Assembly: GCF_036321535.1 (NCBI RefSeq)
Contig: NC_087438.1
Coordinates: 932,001 to 996,000, forward strand
Source: Camelus dromedarius
Lineage: Eukaryota
Direction of reading: 5' to 3'
Length of the DNA stretch: 64,000 bases
Of the stretch, positions 37,436-48,268 are shown piece by piece (the first letter of the stretch is position 1; every line of letters begins with the position of its first letter). Below the pieces are notes generated by a model. That model did not search any database and had not been told where the DNA came from. It saw only the letters and a list, made by a program, of their open reading frames with translations. The translations under genes were made by a program, and so were the position numbers.

Positions 37436-37610
37436 TTTTAACTACAGACACTTATTACCTCGTAATCCTGCATGCTGAAAGTCTGAAGCCAAGGTGTCAG
37501 CGGGACTGGTTTCTCCTGAAGTCTCTCTCCTAGGTGTGTATGTGTCCATCTTCTCCCTGTGTCCTCACATAATCAACCCCATCTCCAAATGCAACCACAT
37601 TTTGAGGTCC
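37436..37610 (-). mobile_element. MLT1A/B LTR body, reverse orientation, internally deleted
   Basis: CAAGGTGTCAGCGGGACTGGTTTCTCCTGAAGTCTCTCTCCT, CTGTGTCCTCACAT and ATCTCCAAATGCAACCACATTTTGAGGT. Confidence 0.78.
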
Positions 37611-38076
37611 AGAAGAAAGAAAATGTGGAAATAAGTGAGTTTCTAAACTGGAAATGGTAACATTGCATCATTGTCCAATGGCCCCCGTAACCAGAAGGTT
37701 TTATTTAAAAGGCTCTCCTTTATTTCCCCCTGTTTCCACCCATTACCCAGAGGAAGAAGACGGACCTTTTCAACCTCCACCCCCCGGAGATTAACATTTG
37801 CCCTCAGCATGTTCTGGGGAGTCACAAATCATGTGCAAGAAAGTGAGTTCTGCATGGAAGGAAGCTTAGAGTTTTTCCCCTGTGAGAGTGTTTTAGAAGA
37901 GAAATAAATTCAAAGGAGCTTCTGATCCTTTGCACTAGAAAAGCGACTTTGTGTTTTATTAAGGGACACCTAGCAGGGACACGGTTCCCCATGTAGGGCA
38001 TTTATGCTGGCTATCAAAGACCTGGGGCACCAGAAAGGCCTGACTCATCTGCTTAAGTCAAATGAGGCTGAACCAA

Positions 38077-38142
38077 CCTTCCTTCCTTCCTTCCTTCCTT
38101 CCTTCCTTCCTTCCTTCCTTCCTTCCTTCCTTCCTTCCTTCC
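38077..38142. repeat. Perfect (CCTT)16 microsatellite
   Basis: Directly visible uninterrupted CCTT array. Confidence 0.97.
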
Positions 38143-38149
38143 CCCAACC

Positions 38150-38490
38150 CTTCTACTTTGCAAATATGGTGAGTTACTTTGATGGGTTTTTAATGTTAAA
38201 TCAATCTTGCAATACTAGAATGGACTTGGTTATGGTATATTATCATTTTTATATGTTGTTGGGTTTAACTTGCTAAAAATTTGTTTGGAATTTTTACATC
38301 CATATTAATGAGATTTTTTCTGTAGTTTTCTTTTCTTGTAAGACTTTGTATGGTTTTGATATCAGGGTAATGATGACCTTATGAAATAAGTTGGTAAAAA
38401 ATTCTCTCCTCTTCAATTTTCTGGAAGAATTTTTATAGAAATAGCCTAATTCCCTCCTTAAAGATTTGGTAGAATTCACCAATGAAGCCA
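38150..38490 (-). mobile_element. L1 ORF2 fragment, antisense
   Basis: GGTTTTGATATCAGGGTAATG, TTTTCTGGAAGA and TTTGGTAGAATTCACCAATGAAGCCA. Confidence 0.85.
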
Positions 38491-38810
38491 CTTTGGAAGA
38501 TAGTGTAGAATTTTATTAAAAATGATCAAGCCACTTTACTCCTAAGTATTTATCAAGAGAAATGAGAGCACAGCAATACACAAAGGTGTGTTTACAAGTG
38601 TCAGAGCAAGTTTCTTTGTAATAGCCCAAATTGGAAACAACTCAGATGTCCATCAGTAAGTGAATGCACAAACAAACTAGGGTGTGTTCATTACCTTGAT
38701 TGTGGTAACAGTTTCAAGATTGTATCCATCTGCCAAAATGTGCCTAGGTGTGCACTTCAGTATGTAAGTTTCTGGTGTGCCAATTATACTTCGATAACAC
38801 TGTTACAACA
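38486..38810 (+). mobile_element. L1ME-like 3' end, sense
   Basis: CCACTTTGGAA, ACTCCTAAGTATTTA, TAATAGCCCAAATTGGAAACAACTCAGATGTCCATCA, CTTGATTGTGGT and CAATTATACTTC. Confidence 0.8.
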
Positions 38811-38869
38811 GGAAACACCATAATGTGGCGCTTATTTTATAGACATATACTGGAAAAAATGGCATTATA

Positions 38870-39500
38870 TGCTTCTCTAAATGGAAAAATATAACCATAG
38901 AAATAAAATTCTGATAGATGCGTCAAATAATAGTGATGACACGGATGAAGAGAGAGTACGTGGACTAGAAGGAAAACCTGGAAAAATTACCCAGACTGTA
39001 ACCGAGTCAAGTAAATTAAAAGTGTGAAGCTTGGCAGATACTAAAGATGGAACAAGAAGGCCTAATACGCTGTTAGTTGGAGCTCGCAAAGGTGGTAAGT
39101 AAGAGGGCTGGGGAGAGGCAACCGACAGAGAGTTAATAACTGAGAATTATATAAAATTGATGAAAGACGTGAATGCCTAGAATCAGATGCACAAACCCAA
39201 AGCAAGGTTGATGAAAGGACGTCTGCACCTAAATGCAATGCAGTGAAATTGAAATACAAATAGAAGATCTTAAAAATACCTGGAGAAAAGGCAGATTATA
39301 GACCAAAGAAGGACTACAGTTAGACTGACATCTGACTTCTCCATCGGAAATATGGAAGCTAGAAGACAATGGAATTGCACCTTGAAAGTGCTGAGACTAA
39401 ATGATTGTCAACCACTCTTGTATACCCAGAAAACTATCTTTCAAGAACTGTTCAAGTTTCATCTTATGGGTGAAAAAAGTTTTCAGGCAAATGTAAATGA
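38870..39500 (+). mobile_element. Ancient L1 ORF1 fragment
   Basis: TGAAGAGAGA, AAATTACCCAGA, AATAACTGAGAATT, GAAGATCTTAAAA, TGACTTCTC, GGAAGCTAGAAGACAATGGAAT and AAACTATCTTTCAAGAA. Confidence 0.75.
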
Positions 39501-40584
39501 GACAAAGGCCAATTTTCTTTGAAGTAATTCCCTCTGATTCTCAAAATTTACAATTGCTACACTGTTCTTTAGTCTACCAGTAGTGTTTAGAATGTGTTTT
39601 CTTCTTTCCTAATACAACGTATCCCAGAACCTCATCATTTTGAACTCCCAGTGTATCTCACTTGCATTATTTGTGGGTAAAGAATAAAGAGAGGTAGTTA
39701 GTTATTTCCAGAATGTGCTAGTATATATTTGAGTGCTCTACCTCAGTACTTTTATCTCCCAAGGAGAAAAAAAATTCCAGAGAAAATTGGGGGTATAAAG
39801 TGAGGACTCCCTTACACCTCCGCAAAGGTGCTGACACACCTACGTTGTTTTCCACCTTTGTTCCCTCTCCTTCCTTTCTTTATGGTTCAGAGAAAGAACA
39901 GCAGCATGTATTTAAGGCTGATGCCGCCCTTCCTCCAGACACCTGTCACTCCTCATATCTGGTACTTCTGACCTTCCTCGGCACAGAAGTCCCGCTCCCC
40001 CCTCTGCTGGTGGGGACTTTCCTGCTCCAGTCTTGCAAGTCAAACCCTACACACTTTTAAGACTATGTCTAAGGGTCCATTTGCCTATTGAAGCTTTTGG
40101 AACCCCCCTGTACAGGCCTGGGTTGTGGCCACTATGCTCTTTTTTTGCTTGCACACCTTCACTCATCCATCTCCCTTCATCCAACTGGGGCTTCCTTTGG
40201 GCAAGAACCACTTGTTTCCTCTGACCTCGGTGCCTCATAAAACATCTGATGTTGACTAGCGACTACATTAGTTACTAGATGTCTGGGGAATGTGAGAATC
40301 AGTCCCTGAGCACTTCTGTACATCGACATTCTTTTCCTGGTGTGTGATGAAGCCCAGGACAGGGCTTGGAAGGGAACGGAGGACCAGAAGGCTCTGTCAC
40401 AGGAGGACGAGGCGCTGGTGCTTTTAGGCTGAGGGAGGAGAGGGGGAGTCAGCCAGCCATGCTCAGACGCTGTGGGTGAGGCATCCACCCTGCAGACTCA
40501 TGGCGGGGGTGGGGGGGGGTCTCATCAGGAGCCACTGGCCTGTGTAACCATGGACTAGATGACCTCCAAGTTCCCCATCCAACA

Positions 40585-40850
40585 TGCGAGTTAATCAACC
40601 TCCCTAAAATGCTTCCAGCATCATTTCACACATTGCTCACAACCCCCCAAAAGCCCACATTGCCTTTCTAATCAAGCCTCAATTTTATAAAGCCTTTCCT
40701 TGGGCCAACCTACTGCCATTACTTCATGTCCTGCCCTGGTCTCCTCGGGGCTCCAGCCATGTGCCCTGGCCGTTCCGATTGTGCCCAGGATGCGCCCCAG
40801 CTCCCAGCTCAAGCTGCCCCATCCATTATGAGCCTTCTCTAGGAAGTCAT
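40585..40850 (+). mobile_element. L2 fragment
   Basis: CCTAAAAT...CATTGCCT..AATCAAG...CTCCAGCCA...CTCAAG...GCCTTCTCT follows the L2 3' region order. Heavily diverged. Confidence 0.45.
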
Positions 40851-41494
40851 CCAAGGCTTTACAGGTTTGGGTGTCCAAATCGAAGGCGTGATTTTCGGGC
40901 TGTTTAGCTGGGAGAAGACTGTCTGTGTCCTGAGATAGAAGGAGATGTCTCAAAAGGGTCAAGTTCTCCACCGCTGGAAGTGTCCCAGTAGAGAGCAGAA
41001 ACCACTTTCCATATGTGCTTGAGAAGGGGGAGTCCTTCACCTTGTGGAAGCCCCCTACTGCCCACAGCCCGGGCTCCCGTGGTCTCAGCGTCTGCTGGGC
41101 AGATCCATCAGTCAGGTTCCGTCCTTGGTGGGTGTCCTTGAACGTTCTTGCTCAAAGGGTATCCCATCTGTATCTCCATCTCAGCCCCTCCCCATTGTCT
41201 GACCACACAGCACCTGCTGCTCCAGTAGACCCTGTGCTGTCTGAGGGAAAGCTGGCTTCTCTCGCCTTCGCAGGTCCACAGCCTACCCCAGAGCAGTGTA
41301 CAGCGGAGACCCTCAGGAGACCCCAGCACGGAGGGGAGGGCAGGAGAGCCAGAGGGAGGGAGAGGACAGCAGCGAGCCCCAGGGCCCAGCAGCCCCCGCA
41401 GCGCAGCTGGGAGGGAGCGGCTCCTCCCGGCCCCTCCCTCGCCACGACCTCCTGGAGGAGCAGGCCTTTGGGACAATGACGTGAACCCTCACTC

Positions 41495-41930
41495 CCTTCT
41501 GTATTGCTATCCTGCCAATTCTAATAAGCTGTACTTTAATTTAAAACAGCAGTTTACAGTGGAATTCATTTACCACAACACAATCCGTTGTGATCACAAT
41601 GCCATAAATTTATGTTTTAAGTAATTTTTAATGCTCGTAGCAGCTGGGGCTCTGAAGTGTGGAAATGGCTAACATTTTTCACCTTGTGCAGCCAAGGGAG
41701 AAAAGTCTTTGCTCTTTAATTACACAATTGACAAAGACCGCTGCAGTGAGCAGAGCAGATATAATTGCAAAATAAGGGATGGTTGGCTAAGGACGTAGCC
41801 AAGACGCTAAATGTAAACACAGAGACACCAGGAGACCTCGGGTGAAGCCTGGAGCAGAAATACGCATCCTCCAAATTAATAAGCGGCTGTAATTTTAAAT
41901 CAATTGATTGAAAAAGGAAGCATTATTAGG
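41495..41930. promoter_or_regulatory. Candidate conserved non-coding element/enhancer
   Basis: AT-rich non-repeat island with CCATAAA, TTTATG, TAATTT, TTAATTAC, ACAATTGACAAAG, TGTAAACA, AATTAATAA and AAATCAAT. Confidence 0.55.
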
Positions 41931-42539
41931 AAGAGGGGCCTAGAGATGGAGTGGAAAGAGTGCCCTCTGCCCACAGAGAGCTGGGTCCAAAGGGCGGTTA
42001 GAGGCTTGTTCACTTCTGTTCGTAGACAAGGACGTGCTCACACGCCCTGCGCTTGGGCAAGCACGGGATGCACCAGCATCCGCAGTGCGGCGACACGCGG
42101 GACAGTCCTGAGCGCTGATGGGGAGGGTCACCTATGTCCGCACATCTGTCCCCAGACCCCCCTGCAGTGACAGGAAGGGTCGCCTTTGTCCTTTACCCGT
42201 CCCAAGGCCTCCTGGAGAATCGTGCTAAGATAAATTTACATACATCTCTGTACCCCACCCCACCCCCTGCACACTGACACACCCTTTAAGGGCTTCAGAA
42301 TCAGGAGAAGGAAATAAGGAGCTTAAAACTCCCCACTGATGACCCCGGTGAGCTCTGCACATCCTCTCAGTCTCTGTCTGTCCCCTCCCCCCGGCCCGGG
42401 CCCCCTTCCGGACCACGTGCAGCTGGCTGGGTCTTCCACCTGAAGCACCAGGCTGAGTTCTCACTGCACTCCCCCCATGGGACTAGGTCCAGTACGTCCC
42501 GCTGGGTGAGGGCACCCCTCTGTCCTGGGATTCACAGAC

Positions 42540-42810
42540 CCCACCATCCAGTAGAGACATAACATGAGCCACACGTGCGATTTTAATGAGAAGAAATGAG
42601 AAATTCTCTTAAAGAATATTTTTTTAACCTAGTGTATCCAAAACAGGATCATCCACACGTACTTAGCAGACAGTTACTACTGAGCAGTTTTACAGCCTAA
42701 ATTTTTTCTGCACGAGGCCTCTGGGACCCGGGGCCTTTCGCTTCAGACTGAGCACATGTCACGTGCTTCCAGGCTATGTGTTGATGGTGTGGTTCCAGGG
42801 CTGGACCTGC
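42540..42810 (+). mobile_element. MER33-like hAT-Charlie DNA transposon
   Basis: TCCAGTAGA..ATAA..TGAGCCACA...TTTAACCTAGTGTATCCAAAA...TTTTACA...TTCAGACT..CACATGTCACGTGCT...TGGAC is collinear with recalled MER33. Confidence 0.75.
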
Positions 42811-44389
42811 AGATGCTTCAGAGAAAAGAGCCCGAGTGGGTGAGGTAGACGGTTCCGTCAGTAGACGCCCGTGGCTCTCTTCCGTGTCCCAGACGGGCCG
42901 TGGGAGCGTGGAGGGTGTGAGCCTCAGCAATCTGAGTGGGAGGGTTGCCTGGTCAGGACTGGCTGCTCCTGTCCTGGTGGGGACCCCTCCCCCTATTCTG
43001 CACCCCGTGTCCATCTGTGCCGGGTTCTGATCTACCTCTACCTGGTCTGAGATGGAAGCCACACGGAGGTCCGGGCCCCAGCAGACGACCATGCAAAGCT
43101 GGCCTGGCTACTGGCCCCTTGTAGGAGAGACTCTTGAGTGAGGACCTGAGTGGGTGGTGAGGGCCACGAGTTTGCCCTGCGGATGGGGTGCAGCCGTGCA
43201 AACCCTCTCCTTTCTGGGAGACCCTGGCCTTCCAGGTGTCCCTCAGCTGCCAGGTCCCAATGCCACCTCCATCTCTCGGCCTCTGTTCTTGGGTTGGGGG
43301 GGGGCCTCCTTCCCTCCTGCAACTTGGGCCAAGCCCGGGGTCACCCCAACCTCCCTGCCTGACCTGGGCCGCGTGGGCAGACCTCGGAAGCAGTTCCTCC
43401 CCAGCTCACTTCCTCCCCACAAGCAAGGCTTCCCAAAGCTCTGCTTCCTGCCGAAGCCTCAGCTCTGTGCAAAGGCTGTGCTGAGAACTTGCCTTCGCCT
43501 TAATATTTAGGTGAAGGAAAGAGAGAACACTTGGAGTGCTCCATCCCCTCCCCGTGGGTCCCTGTAGGGTGAGCCTGCTCTCTGAGGTCTGAGCTGGTGA
43601 GAGACTCAAAGCTCTTGGCCTGGGCGGCCCTGAGCAGCTCTGTCTGGTAATGTCCCAGCAACCGTGTCTCCTCTCCTTTGCTCCAAGACAGCGAATCAGA
43701 ACACTGTTGGAAGAACAAGAGAAGAGGGTTGAAATAAAACAAACCCAACACACCGTCTCTCGATGGCCCTTCCTCATGCATCATTCAACTAAGATGGAAA
43801 TTTGTTTTTCTTACTGCTCGATTGTTCAGTCTGTGCTTTGGAGCAGGGCTTGGCCGGGGTGTGCGGGGCAGCACAAGGGATTGGTGAGATCTTTGCACGC
43901 GGTGCTGGAAGCGGGTGCCTCTGCGTACCCTGGTAACCATGGGGGCAAACGCTGCTAACTCAGCGACAGGCGTGGGTGCTCCATGCATGGCTGGTGTTTT
44001 CCTGTCCCCTTGCCTGGTTACTCGAATGGAATGCCCATTACTTGGCTGGAGGAGGAAGAATGGATGATTTTTAAAGCATCCTTACCTGTAACAGAAGAAC
44101 ACTGTCTGGCACTGGCACCTTGGCTGAAGGCTGAGGGGCCTGCTCTGTGCTGGTGCCGCCGTTCAGTCCTGCCGCTTGTCATTGATGTATGCGGCGCGAC
44201 GTGGAGGCTGCGCGAAGACACATGGAGCCGCTCCCTCTTATCTGCGTCTGCAGGCCGCCCGGAGCAGTCGGCGTGGGTGCGGCCGGCCCGGAGCCGCTCC
44301 ACGAGGCCAGCCAGTGGAGGGGCAGCGCGAACCGCAGTCCAGTGCAGCCAGGTTCCACTTAGGAATTCCTCCTGCGGGGCAGGGGCAAA

Positions 44390-44760
44390 GTGTCTGTAAT
44401 AATTTTAAGGACATTTCCCAAATGTTTATTTAGATAAAAGATGGATAACAGCAGAACTCCCGAACCTGGAGCCTGATAACTAGGTTTTATTAATGACCTG
44501 CCAGACATTGGGGCTGGATAATTAAAGCTTTTCCCCCCAGAGGAAGAGAGGGGACAAATTTATTTGATGGTGGGATAACCAGGGACACTGGTTGGAAACT
44601 ATTGATACAATCGGAGCTCATTCGACTTGCTCAGGACAGCCACCCCTATCAGCTAATTTCACCTGTGAATAGTTAATTGTCCTCCGAATGCATATGGGAG
44701 GGCCATTAATAAAATTTGACTATGTCATAGTTTCTCTGTCACCCACATGTGCCTTTTATC
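44390..44760. promoter_or_regulatory. Candidate enhancer with clustered GATA and homeobox motifs
   Basis: GATAA occurs five times, plus CTATCA, TGTTTATTT, TTTTATTAATG, TAATTA, GTTAATTG and CCATTAATAAAA within about 350 bp. Confidence 0.5.
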
Positions 44761-45204
44761 TCCGGCATCTCCTTCTTGGTCTTTCTTTCCTTTTTTTTTT
44801 TTTTTTTAATTCCCTTCCATTCTCTCCTTTAAAAAAAATGAAGCTCGGGAAGATGGATGTGGGCTGTGAGGGTGTGTGCTGTGCAGACGGTGCGCGGCGG
44901 GGCCGGCCTGAACTCGCCCGAGCCCAGAACCAGGCCTGCATGGGGACGGGGTGACGTGACAGTGCCCTCTGGACCACGCCCGCGTGCTGCTGGACCAGGA
45001 CTGACCCCAGGCTCTGGGGCCCTCAACAATGGACCTCTCTGTGTCCAGGCTGACCGAGCCCCACAGCCCTGGCCACACAGGTGTCCCAGCCTGGCTAGGG
45101 GGCAGGCTGCCTCCAGCGAACCCAAGGAGGTGCTGGGTGGAGCACTGTCACCAGGGATGCACCTTCACCCGAGGGTTGTGTCCTCACGTGCATGAAGTCC
45201 TCGG

Positions 45205-45330
45205 TCATGACCTTGAGTGAGTTATCAATTTCTCTGACTTTACATTTTCTCAGCTGTAAAGTGGGGCTGATATCATGTGTTTCCAGTGAGCCTGTGGGCT
45301 TTAAAAGAAAGGCTGTAAAAGGCATCTCAA
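45205..45330 (+). mobile_element. MIR core
   Basis: TGACCTTGAGTGAGTTA..TCTCTGA..TTTTCTCAGCTGTAAAGTGGGG. Confidence 0.7.
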
Positions 45331-45889
45331 AAGAACCCCAGAGAAGGGGGCACGGAGGCTATAGGAGGGGGGAAGTGGTGAGAGGTGGGGGGCCTCCTAC
45401 TCCTTCTCAGCACCCCCACGTCTCTGGCAGGTGCACGATCGGGAGCAGATGAGCTCCTCCCTTTGCTCCCTTGGTGATTTCACAGACTCCCACGGAGTGG
45501 GGTGAACCCATCTTCACCCACATGTGTGTTTTCAGGGCTGTGTCTTCCATGACAAAGGCTGTGCTGGGCTTCTGGGGGACGTGTGGGATCTCTGATCTCC
45601 CAGCCACGTGGGTTGGCTCAGAGCGCTGGCCCAGGCGAGGGGGCAGGGGTGCAGGCCCTGTCGTGCCCCCATGTGGGCACATGGCTGTGGGTGTGCGCCT
45701 CTGCTCCACATGCTCAGGGGTGTTTGGGGTGGGAAGGCCTGACAGGCTGGGAGATTCTGGGGCAGCTCCTACATGTGGTCCCTACGGTACGTCAGATGCT
45801 TTTCCAGGCACCAGGGATTCAGAGGTAAGTGCAACAGAGCACAGCTGTTTGGGGGAAGAGACAAAATAAATCACAACAGGGCAGGGCAA

Positions 45890-45965
45890 AGTATCTGTTA
45901 GCTACTACTGTGTAACAAGCCACCCCGAATTCAGTGATTCCAAACAACAGCCATTATTGTCTATA
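45890..45965 (-). mobile_element. MLT1 LTR 3'-terminal fragment
   Basis: GTTAGCTACTACTGTGTAACAAGCCACCCCGAATTCAGTG..AAACAACAGCCATT. Confidence 0.6.
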
Positions 45966-45979
45966 CACCAGCAAGACGG

Positions 45980-46730
45980 TGGATATAGGATGTCTTCTGC
46001 TCTTGCCCCGGCCCCCTCCCACCAAACAACAACAGTTTGGCACCATCCATGGACAGAGTGCCTTTGTGGGAGCTTTGGGATGCTTGTGAAACCCCAGTGG
46101 AGCCCAAGATCAAGGGGTGCTGTTTTGAGAAGGCAGGTCCACACTCAGGTGATGGCTCACCTACTGTGGTCCTGGCTGCAAACCTGCAAACAGTCCCATC
46201 CCCCTGCAAACTCAGCTGCAGCTTCATCTGGCCTTGGTCCCAACACTGGCACCATTCACCAGGGACCTGGGAGAGTCATTCCTGCCCACAGCCAGGGACT
46301 GGCCTACAGAACTTGTTCAGAGTGTAAATCTTCAAGCAGCCATGTAACTGGCTCCAGCCTCCCAACCATGGGCCAGGGGCGGTCCTGCCCGCCCATTGAT
46401 GTGCTGGGACACAGACCCATCTGTGCCTCTGGAGGCAGAGCAGCAGACCTCAGGTCATCTGAACATCCCGAGGCAGCCCCTCTCAGCCACGGTCCAAGAG
46501 CAATCCTGCCTGCTTGGTGACACGACAGGAGCCCTCCGGGGGCCAGGTGGGAGCCACTCCCATCTGCATACCTGGTAACAGGCTTCTCGTTTGCAGACCC
46601 AACTACAGAGATTGAAGTGGACCTTGTCCCAGCACCAGCCCTGCTGACCAAGGATCTGGAGGCAGTCCTGTTCACCCTGGGGTCAGGCAGGATCCACACC
46701 TGCCCAAACCCCTGGGAATAGCCATGCAAG
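45980..46730 (+). mobile_element. Probable old L1M (L1M2/L1M3-like) 5' UTR
   Basis: ATCCATGGACAGAGTGCCTTTGTGGGAGCTTTGGGA and GCTGTTTTGAGAAGGCAGG resemble recalled L1M 5' ends, and the segment abuts the ORF2 piece. Confidence 0.5.
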
Positions 46731-46734
46731 AGGA

Positions 46735-48006
46735 GACATGACAAATGAGACCACAGAAATATAAAGGATCGTAAGAGACTACTATGAACAATTATATGCC
46801 AACAAATCCAATAACCCAGGAAAATGGATAAATCGCTAGCGATAAGCAACATACCAAGACTGAATCAAAAAGAAACAGAAAATCCGAATAAATAATGAGC
46901 ACAGAGACTGAAGCAGTAACCAAAAACCCCTCAGCCAGGAAAGCCCAGGACCAAATGGCTTCACAGGTGAATTCTACCAAACATTAAAAGAAGAATTAAT
47001 ACCAATCATTCTTAGACTCTTCCAAATAGTTAAGGAGGAGGGAGCACTTCCAAACTCATTTTACGAGACCAGCATTACCCTCATAACAAAGCCAGAGAAG
47101 GACAACATAAGAAAATAAAATTATAGGGCAATATCCCAGATGAGCATAGATGAAAAATCTTCATCTAAATATTAGCTGACCAAATCCAATAGGACATTAA
47201 AAGGATCACACACCATGATGAAGTGGGGTTTACCACTGGGATGAAGGATTGGTTCAACACACACAAATCAGTCACTGTGTTACATCACATTGACAGAATG
47301 AAGGGTAAAAAATCACATGATCATCTCAACAGATGCAGAAAAATCATCTGACAAAATTAAAGTTCTTTCACGATAAAAACTGCCAATGTATTCGGTACAG
47401 GAAGAATGTACCTCAACATAGTAGAAGCCATACATGACAAGCCCACAGCTGACATCTGCTCAATAATGAAAAGTTGAGAGCTTTTCCTGTAAGATCAGAA
47501 ACAAGAAAAGGATGCCCATTCTCACCACTTCTGTTTAACAAGTTACCAGGAGTCCTAGCCAGAGCAATCAGGCAAGAAAAAAAATCAGGAAAACTATCAG
47601 AAGGGAAGAAGTTAAACTGTCTCTGCAGATGATATGACTTTATACATAGAAAACCCTAATGACTCCACCAAAAAAGTTACTAGAATTAATAGATGAATTT
47701 AGTACCGTTGCAGGGTGCAAAGTCAACATGCCAAAAAGCAGTTGTGTTTTTACACACTAACAAAGAACTACCTGAAAAAGAAATCAAGAAACTAATCCCA
47801 CTTACAATAGTACCAAAATGAGGAAAATACTTAGAACCAAGCTTAGCCAAGGAGGCGAGAGACCTGCGCCCTGAAAACTACGAGACAGTGGAAGGAATGA
47901 GACGCACGAACGGGAAGATGCCCGGTGCGCACGGCTGCGGGCGTTAATGCCAGTAAAACATCCACACTACACAAGGCAATCCGCAGATTCACCGCAATCC
48001 TGTCAC
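46735..48006 (+). mobile_element. L1 ORF2 reverse-transcriptase region, frameshifted pseudo-copy
   Basis: GACTACTATGAACAATTATATGCCAACAAA, CCAGGACCAAATGGCTTCACAGGTGAATTCTACCAAACATT, ATCATCTCAACAGATGCAGAAAAA and GCAGATGATATGA (ADDM motif). Confidence 0.95.
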
Positions 48007-48009
48007 CCA

Positions 48010-48268
48010 GCAGAGAAACGCAGGCCCCCAGCCAACAACCAGCACGAACTCTCCCGGCAGGTGAGTGAACGCCCCGGGCAAGCCTTCAGGTAAGACTACA
48101 GCCCCACCTGCGCCTTGTCCACAGCCTCATGGGGGGCCCCTGGGACAGAGCTGACCAGCTGAGCTGCCCCCAGACCCTGACCCTCAGAAATGACCTGAGG
48201 TGAAATGTTTCGTGTTGATTCCAGCGCCTAAGTTTTGGGTGATTTGCTGTGGCACAGATAACTGACAC
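48010..48268 (+). mobile_element. MLT1E/F/G-type LTR, 3' half
   Basis: CAGCCAACAACCAGCA, AGCCTTCAG, CAGCCTCATG, CCTGACCCTCAGAAA, CTAAGTTTTGGGTGATTTG and AGATAACTGACAC. Confidence 0.75.

Noticed and set aside
38004..38276. ORF with (FLPS)n repeat
   Set aside because: It is the translation of the (CCTT)n microsatellite plus antisense L1.
46735..48006. Functional reverse transcriptase gene
   Set aside because: No long plus-strand ORF is present; it is a frameshifted L1 relic.
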